NCBI GenBank assembly: GCA_951406725.2
Contig: OX597815.1
Coordinates: 25,482,001 to 25,546,000, forward strand
Direction: 5' to 3'
DNA: 64,000 bases
Source of the DNA: Octopus vulgaris
Lineage: Eukaryota
Under the pieces are notes generated by a model. It ran no database searches. It was not told the origin of the DNA and saw nothing but the letters and a program-made list of their open reading frames with translations. How positions within the stretch are numbered: position 1 is the first letter of the stretch; each line of letters opens with the position of its first letter. Made by a program: the position numbers and the translations under genes. Positions 55,890 through 64,000 of the stretch are shown in pieces.

Positions 55890-56450
55890 AGTTCTGAACT
55901 GATGATTGGTGACCAAAGGGCGAATATATCAGGCCGTCGTTCGTACAGTACTTCTCTATGGCTGTGAAATGTGGCCTATGTGGGTGGTTGATCAACAAGG
56001 GCTGGAAGTCTTCGACAATGACTGCCTCCGGTGCATTCTTCGGTGCCGTCGGGGGGATCGAGTTCCCACCACCAATCTCCAACTTCGCCTGTTTCTGCGG
56101 CCACTTCTATCTGTCCTTCTGCAACAGTGCTTGAGGTGGTTTGGCCGTGCATGTAGTGTCGGGTGGGTGAACTGAGCCGTGATGTCCTTCTCCCAACGCC
56201 ACTTCCTAACTGGCGGAAATACGCGGGCGGGCAGCTGAAGACCTGGGCTACGACAATCAAGGAGGACCTCTCTGTGCTTACGGGTCTGCAGGTTGTTGGC
56301 CTGCGCCGATGGAACCGTGGCTGGCTCACTATCTCCAGTGAACTAGTGCAGGACCGTTGTGCATTGGCATCCATGGTTCGAGATGCCTCGAGGGAGGTAG
56401 AAGCCGACTCAACTCACCCAGGGTAAATGTCGGCACAAGTACAAGTAAGT
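55890..56450 (+). mobile_element. RTE-clade LINE 3' fragment
   Basis: TKGRIYQAVVRTVLLYGCEMW...VFDNDCLRCIL...LRWFG...GGQLKTW; caagtacaagta tail. Confidence 0.85.
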
Positions 56451-57213
56451 AGAACTGATGTTAATACCAAGAAATGGAGTAGTCTGCAGCTAACAAAGAA
56501 AGCCTCTACTTCATTGCCCAACCTGCTGGAAACAGAAGTTAAATCGCCTCTCAACCAAAATCTACAGTTCCAAAAAAAAAAAAAAAGTTTATGTAGTCCT
56601 ATATGCTTTGTTTTTAGAGGAAACAGAATGGGTTTTGATTGGAATTCTTCAATCAGACATCTACTCAGTCAAGGCTGACTTGGAACTAATAGCAAAACTA
56701 CTGGGATAAATTCAATCAAATATCATCTGCAAAAATTAATCTTGTGCCTTCTATGGAATGACATTTGTAATAATAATAATAAATGTTCCGAAATTTGGTA
56801 CAAGGCCAGCAACTTTAGCAAGAAGAGTTTAGATCATACCATTGACTCCAGTATTTGACTGGTATGTAATTTTATTGCCCCTGAAAGGACGAAAGGCAAA
56901 GCTGACCTTGGTAGGATTTGAACTCAGAATGTAAAGAGTTGGAAGAAATGTTGCTAAGCATTTTGTATGATGCACTAATGATTCTGATAGCTTGTTGCTT
57001 TAATAATAATAATCCTTTCTGCTATAGACACAAGAACTGAAATTTTGGGGAGGGAGCTAGTCTACTATGCTCAACCAGAGTCTGGCCTTTCTTCACATAT
57101 ACTATCTCATTACTAATCATAAGTAACACAGACCACAGTAAAACACCCAGCTTACTGTTACTTGAGGTCTCAGGGTGATGAAACTTGGCACAGTTTGAAT
57201 AAAACAAAGTAAC

Positions 57214-57380
57214 ATCATCATCATCATCATCGTTTAACGTTCGTTTTCCATACTAGCATGGGTTGGACGGTTCGACTGGGGTCAGGGAAGCCAGGAGGCT
57301 GCAGCAGGCTCCAGTCTAATCTGGCAGTGTTTCTACAGCTGGATGCCCTTCCTAACCCAGAGTGTAGTGGGTGCTTTTTA
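57214..57380 (-). mobile_element. Family A copy
   Basis: (CAT)n tail and core. Confidence 0.8.
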
Positions 57381-57830
57381 TGAGCCAATAATATAGATAA
57401 TAATAATGGTTTCAAGTTTTGGTATATGGCCAGCAATTTCGGAAAAGGAGTTAAGTCGATTACATTGACCCCAGTGCTCAAGTGATACTTGTTTTATCGA
57501 CCCTGAAAAAAACAAACAAAAAAAACGGAAGGTAAAGTTGACTTTGGCAGAATTTGAACTCAGAACAGATGAAATGCAGCTAAGCATTTTACTGGTATGC
57601 TAGCGATTCTGCCAGCTTGCCACCTTTTAGGAAATTATTGACATCTAATATGCACCATCCTAAGGCAGATGTTGACTGTCTGTATCTACCTAGAAGCTGT
57701 AAAGGGAGCATTTTGCCCAGCATGCTAACGAATAACAACAACAACAACAATAATGTTTTCAAATTTTGGCACAAGACTAACAAGTTCGGGGAGGAGATAA
57801 GTCGATTACATCCACCCCAGTGTTCAACTG

Positions 57831-58375
57831 GGAAGGACTTCCGCTCGTCCCCCACTCTCATTTTCTCACAAATTTGTTTATTTTTGTAATTTTTTTTGCC
57901 AAAAATCCCCGTTTTCAGATACGGAGGTTCCTGAAAATTGCCAAAAATCGGCATTGTGAAATTTTTTCCCCCCTTTCCTCCCCAACTTCTTCAATTTAGA
58001 ATTTTCCCCCAACATTAACCCTAAAGCCCTAACCCTAACCCACTCCTAAAACCGTAACTGTAAGTACAGAAATGTTTGGAATTTTTGTCCGAATCATGAT
58101 GTCTGTATTTTTTCACAAATTCAGAAAAAAAAAAAAAAAATTTCACAAAGATTTTTGGAAATTTTTTTCAGAATCATAATCTCCATATTTTTTCGTATAT
58201 TTTGAAAAAAATATTGCGAAAAAAGTTAAAAATGAAGAAAATGGGGTGGGGGGTAATTTAGAAATGTTGATTTTTGCCAGTTTTTTTGCAGATTCGTATT
58301 CCCAGTAGCCGAAAATGTCGAAAAAAAAAATTGTTTTATAGGGTGGATTTTGGGGGGACGGGTGGAAGTCTTGCC
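57831..58375. mobile_element. MITE with GG...CC termini and 8-bp TSD (Merlin-like), inserted in a family B SINE
   Basis: TIR GGAAGGACTTCCGCTCGTCCCCC / GGGGGACGGGTGGAAGTCTTGCC; TSD ttcaactg / ttcatctg. Confidence 0.7.
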
Positions 58376-58559
58376 TTCATCTGGTACTTAATTTATTGAC
58401 CCCGAAAGGATGAAAAGCAAATTTGAACTCAACGTAAAGGCAGACGAAATACCTATTTCTTTACTACCCACAAGGGGCTAAACACAGAGAGGACAAAGAA
58501 AGACAGACAAAGGGATTAAGTCGATTATATCGACCCTGGTGCGTAACTGGTACTTATTT

Positions 58560-58915
58560 AACCACACGGTTCCGGGTTCATTCCTACTGCGTGACACCTT
58601 GGGCAAATGTCTTCTACTATAGCCTCGGGCCGACCAAAGCCTTGTGAGTGGGTTTGGTAGACGGAAACTGAAAGAAGCCCGTCGTATATATGTATGTGTG
58701 TGTATATGTTTGTGTGTCTGTGTCCCCCCCCCCCCAACATCACTTGACAACCGATGGTGGTGTGTTTACGTCCCCGTAACTAAGGGGTTCGGCAAAAATT
58801 GACCGATAGAATAAGTACTAGGCTTACAAAGAATAAGTCCTGGGGTCGATTCGCTCGACTAAAGGCAGTGCTCCAGCATGGCCGCAGTCAAATGAGTGAA
58901 ACAAGTGAAAGAGTA
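58560..58915 (+). mobile_element. SINE family C (5' truncated)
   Basis: Homologous to the 50914 copy. Confidence 0.85.
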
Positions 58916-59329
58916 AGGGGTAAAAACGTCACCTAAGGGCAATCGAGGAGTTCCACAGATCCTGAGCCACCCTACTCACCAGGAGTATCATGATAAGTGA
59001 TACTCCTGGTGATACTCCATACCCTAGACGTGCCAGCTTAAACTAGGACCACTCCCTCAGGCCATCCTTACCTTATTCACTCATCCTTTCGGGATCGATA
59101 AATAAAGTACCAGTTTCGCACTGGGGTCGATGTAATCGACTTAATCCCTTTGTCTGTCCTTGTTTGTCCCCTCTGTGTTTAGCCCCTTGTGGGCAGTAAA
59201 GAAATATAAATATATTCACTCATCTTTCAAAAAATTTACTTGGAGTGGGGTGCAGCATCTTTCCTCTCAACCCTCATCTTTTTTTTATTTCCCAATGGAA
59301 TTTTAAAAAGTCGGTGAGGCTTGACCGAA

Positions 59330-59524
59330 GAGGAAAGTTATCCATTTTCTGTGCTTTCTCTCTCGCCCAAGTATTAATTAAGCGGATATCATTTTCCAAA
59401 GTGACTCATGATCAAGGGACACAACTTAAGTTTGTGACAAAGTTCGAGCCACGTAATTGCTTACCAGGCTGCAGAGAAGGCTTTTACTCTTAATTGCAAC
59501 TTACTTAACTTCTATGTCCAAGAT
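59330..59524 (+). other. Possible promoter and first exon of a downstream gene (ATG TCC AAG AT|GTGAGT)
   Basis: CpG-retaining unique sequence, ATG at 59514, strong donor GTGAGT at 59525 followed by intron-like T-rich DNA; no second exon recognised. Confidence 0.3.
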
Positions 59525-60399
59525 GTGAGTAGTATTTCATTTATTTTTTTAAATTTTAATTATATATTTTCATTTGAATTATTTGCCTTAGCCAAATGAA
59601 ATACCAAACTGATTGTTTTAATTTAAAGATTTGTACTTTCATTGTACGTTCAATTAACTTTCGTTTTTCATTTACATCGTGTTTGTTATTTTCTTCGAGT
59701 GATGTTTTCCATAAGTATAAATGGAATTTCCACCGACAGTGTTCTCAGTGTTTTAAATGGATCCACAATTAGCTGTTTAAAAATAAATCAAAACAGATGT
59801 TATAAAGTAATTATATTTGCATGGATGACTGAATGTGTATAGAATACTTTTTCTTTTTAACACGATATTGGTATAGAAGGCAAAATAGCAAATACGCTTG
59901 CAGGAAACTACGGTGCGTGCATGTTTATAGGAATATAGATAGAAATCGACTCCAGGACGAAGTAATAAGTCGCCTTTGTGATAATTTATTCCCGAAAATT
60001 TCCACATTATCAGGAATTGTTTAGAAAGGCACCACTATATAATTAATAGCAAAACCTGACGCAAGTAAACTGAAAACTGAATGTTTGGTTACCTCTGACT
60101 CTTATTCGTTTAACGCAATTGTTTGGTTATTGTTTACTTTATTACCCGGTCTTTCAGAAAATTCAGAAGGCTGGATTTTTTTCCCTCCATCGAATGTTTT
60201 GCAGTATAAAAATACACCAACGAAAGTTACCGGTGAACGACATCAAGAACCGGTATACAGTCTTCTGTGTCATCAGGGACATGGGGTATAGTCTTGCAGT
60301 CTCCAAAAGAAACTTATGAAGTCGCTAGGTTGCCGGTGAGATGGCTTGTATGAAAACTTAACCGAACAACATTGTTTCAAGTAGCTAGGTCGCACTCAT

Positions 60400-60644
60400 G
60401 GTACTATTTAAGAAGAGTGGTCCCGGTGCGCGCACTCGCGTACTCGCGCTAGCTTAGTCGTAACTAGTCGATCCTACAACGACCACCTAGCAAAGTAAAT
60501 AAAATGCAAAAACACAAAGTAAATAATTTTTTTTAAACAAAGTAAATAAAACACAAAACTACGAAGTAAGGATCGAACTAGTCACGACTAGCTAGCGCGG
60601 ATGCGCGAGTGCGCGCACCGGGACCGCTCTTCTTAAATAGTACC
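60400..60644. mobile_element. MITE with ~75-bp GC-rich TIRs (Merlin-like)
   Basis: GGTACTATTTAAGAAGAG...GATCC / GGATC...CTCTTCTTAAATAGTACC; TSD gcactcat / gcacttat. Confidence 0.8.
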
Positions 60645-60752
60645 GCACTTATTCCTGGTTGAACAATGCACATTTTAAGGCTTCCCCATGAATGATCAAT
60701 ATTTTGAGTGTGAATAGAAAGGCATGCCGTTTGAAAGGTGTTTATTATAAAA

Positions 60753-61841
60753 CTAGCAGGGATACCCGGCGTTGTCCGTGTTACATGCAATTCAAGAATT
60801 AGACTTTTCTGTTATATTTTCTGTAATGAACTGGAATACCTATGATTTGAATTTCCTCAAAATTGCAGATGAGGGTTCTTTCCCTCATTACACACCCTAA
60901 AAAAATTGTAATCATGACACGTGTATCCCATACTACTGATTTTTATGGGCAGATTCCAAAATTCAAGTTTTATAGAACCTGTTAAAGGATTTTGCTCCTG
61001 AAAAATGGAGGTTATGGAGCTCTAAAATGTGGGAGTTAAGGCCCCTATTGGGGGTGAGTGTCTTAATGTCAACCAGAGAAGTTGAATTGTTGAGAATCTT
61101 TTTAACTTGGGTCTTATATCTATTGTTTGAATTTCTTTGAAATAGGAAATATATGTATGTTCACTGGGTTTGTAAAGGAGAGCAAAACTACAGGAAACCA
61201 GAAGACGAATGATTACAATAAGCAGTCAGTTACCTTACCCTAGTTGTTATCACTTCCAATGTATGATTCCTCACCATACAGGTGACAGGTACAGCAATTG
61301 GAAGGGCGTGACCCAACTCAAATAAACATTAACAACTGTGTGATGCGAGGGCTAAGGAGAAATGAAAGTGTCACCTCTGGAGTTTGCAAATGACCACTAT
61401 ACTGATGTATATATATACATATATACGATGGGCTTCTTTCAGTTTCTCTCTACCAAATCCACTCACAAGGCTTTGGTTGGACCAAGGCTATAGTAGAAGA
61501 CACTTGCCCAAGGTGCCACGCAGTGGGAATGAACTCGGAACCATGTGGTTGGTAAGGAAGCTACTTACCACACAGCCACTCTTGTGCCTATATATATATA
61601 CATCTACACATATACATGTATACATATATATCTACATGTATATAAATACATCTATACATATACATGTATACATATACATCTATATATATACATCTATATA
61701 TATACATCTATATATATGTATTTATATATAGTTATATTTCGGAATGGTCATATTGCGAGTTTAGCCATTTGCACAACAAATATATATATATATACATGTA
61801 TATATATATACATGTATACATATATGTATATATATACATGT

Positions 61842-61889
<48 letters not shown>

Positions 61890-62428
61890 ATATATACATC
61901 TATATATATATACATTTGTGTTGATGTATACTTATACATATATATATACATTTGTGCAGATATATATATATATATATATACTTTATTTAAAGCAGCAGAA
62001 AATTCAACAAAAATTTTGTTGAATTTTCTTCTGCTTTAAATAAAGCATATTACTCTACCACTGGTATTTGAGTACTCTTTTTTGAGTACTCTTTTTTCCA
62101 CCTTGTTTCACATTTATGTGTTTACTCCGGTATATATATATATATATATAAATAAAAACATACATATATGTATGTATGTATGCCTGTATATATGTGAGAT
62201 AGTATTAAACTGAAACTATTAAAGTGGAAGTATCTGATATTACAATAGAGAGATGTTATTGTTTCACTTTTGATACGTAATACTGAAATAGTGGAGAAGG
62301 TATGATATTGCTCTGGGCTTGCACTTGGCAAGAAGTTAAAAATTTGAATGAAATTGGTTGTGTAGTTCTCAAGTTTTAGGGATTCACACAGAGAGACAGG
62401 CACACATTCTCATCTTTATATATATAGA
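60753..62428 (-). mobile_element. Helitron with nested SINE and TA-rich microsatellites
   Basis: Minus-strand A|TCTATATATATAAAG start at 62428; hairpin + CTAG|T end at 60753. Confidence 0.7.
61590..61980. repeat. Degenerate (TA)/(TACA) microsatellite field
   Basis: Seen directly. Confidence 0.95.
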
Positions 62429-62743
62429 TTTCATTAAAAGATATCCATTTTTCTCAAAGTTACCAAGGAAAAAATTGGATCTTGTGAATTTTCCGAAAGT
62501 CCTCTCCCCACCCATTCGGAAAAGATTTTTCCCATAAATTTCTTTTTAATCATAATGTATGCTGTTTGAAAGGTATTTATATTAAATTTCATTAAACGAT
62601 ATCCATTTCCTTCAAAGTTACGGGGGAAAAATCCGACCTTGTGAATTTTTCGAAAGTTCTCTCTTCACCCCCTTGGAAAAAAATTTCCGTACAAATTTCT
62701 TTATAATCGTAATGTATGCCATTTGAAAGCTATTTATATGAAA
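62429..62743. repeat. ~157-bp tandem repeat (continues at 60720-60752 and 63546-63630 across the Helitrons)
   Basis: tttcattaaa at 62429 and 62587; aatgtatgc at 62554 and 62711. Confidence 0.8.
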
Positions 62744-63545
62744 CTAGCAGTATTGCCCGGCGTTGCTCGGGTTTGTAAGGGAAATAACTATATAAGCATT
62801 TTTAGAGATGTAAAGTATAATAGCCATCTCAATATGGCTAACCACAAAGGGAGGTGTTACTGTAGCTTTTTACGTTCTGAGATTTAATAACACACTTTTA
62901 GAGAGTTACTTCCCTTATACAATAGCAAAAAACTGCATTAAAAATGGGGAAAAATGATGGTGAATTTTTTTTTAAATCGTAGACTCATCGTAGACGCACA
63001 CTAATACCCAGAAGGGCTCGATATGAATCACGACTATAAAATACCCGCTTTTGGTTACACTGCACCGCAAAATGTGGGAGTAGTTAGGAATCTAAATCGT
63101 AGGAGACAGACACACAACTTCACTTTTATATACTCTTTTACTCTTTTACTTGTTTCAGTCATTTGACTGCGGCCATGCTGGAGCACCGCCTTTAGTCGAG
63201 CAACTCGATCCCAGGACTTATTCTTTTTGTAAGCCCAGTACTTATTCTATCGGTCTCTTTTTGCTGAACCGCTAAGTGACGGGGACGTAAACACACCAGC
63301 ATCGGTTGTCAAGCAATGCTAGGGGAACAAACACAGACACACATACATATATATATATATACACACATATATACGACAGGCTTCTTTCAGTTTCCGTCTA
63401 CCAAATCCACTCACAAGGCATTGGTCGGCCGGGGCTATAGCAGAAGACACTTGCCCAAGATGCCACGCAGTGGGACTGAACCCGGAACCATGCGGTTGGT
63501 AAACAAGCTACTTACCACACAGCCACTCCTGCACCTATATAAAGA
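62744..63545 (-). mobile_element. Helitron with a family C SINE inserted in its 5' (TA)n
   Basis: CTAG at 62744 with hairpin CCCGGCGTTGCTCGGG; 5' TC at 63545. Confidence 0.75.
63132..63535 (-). mobile_element. SINE family C
   Basis: Full-length; homologous to the 51522 copy. Confidence 0.88.
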
Positions 63546-64000
63546 TTTTACTAAAAAAAAAAAAAATTCATAAAAGCTATGAAGGAAAAACTCAGATCTT
63601 GTGAATTTTACAAAAGTCCTCTCCTCACCTCCTGTTGGTTTGTGCACCTTTTTGTTTTCATATTCGTTTCATACACATTTTTTTTACACCAGTTGCACTA
63701 GTTTTTATTTTGTTTTTGTGATTGCGTAATAGAGTCAACATTAACCCAGTTGTGTTCTTTAACTGCACACACAGAGTCAGATTTCTTTAACCTAAAAGAA
63801 GAAAATGTGATATGTCAGGTCTTTTCAATTATATTAGCACAATAGCTGGAGAAAAATGTTGCAGTACCTCAAATGTTTGCACCAAGTAATGCAGAATTTG
63901 GGTCATGTTAAATGTGATCATTCATGTTTTCGTCCTGAACAGAACTGCAGCTGTAATAATTTTTCGACACTAGAAAATGTTTATGAATTTGTTTTCTACA

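Noticed and set aside
61384-62039. YI-rich ORFs
   Set aside because: Translation of (TA)n microsatellite

Overview
AT-rich, repeat-dense animal genomic DNA. The SINE, LINE and Helitron repertoire resembles an octopod cephalopod (inference, not verified). Two spliced + strand genes can be rebuilt by hand. (1) The last three coding exons of an EXD3/mut-7 homolog (Mut7-C domain with Zn ribbon, 1172-7656); one of its introns appears to be GC-AG. (2) A complete 19-exon SEC63 gene (12003-48623; 2328 nt CDS, 775 aa; TM segments, J-domain HPD, Sec63/Brl domains, acidic tail). A possible first exon of a further gene lies near 59.3-59.5 kb (weak). Introns and intergenic DNA hold tRNA-derived SINEs, RTE-, CR1- and R4-like LINE fragments, Penelope-like remnants with hammerhead-type motifs, non-autonomous Helitrons and several MITE classes. 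Most ORFs in the supplied track are spurious repeat translations. Most unusual observations: a four-unit array of LTR-end plus tRNA-Trp primer-binding-site motifs with unique spacers upstream of SEC63; two Helitrons at the same position of different units of a ~157-bp tandem repeat; nested Helitrons with a head-to-tail junction; and closely spaced inverted repeats flanking SEC63 exons (candidate ADAR or back-splicing substrates).
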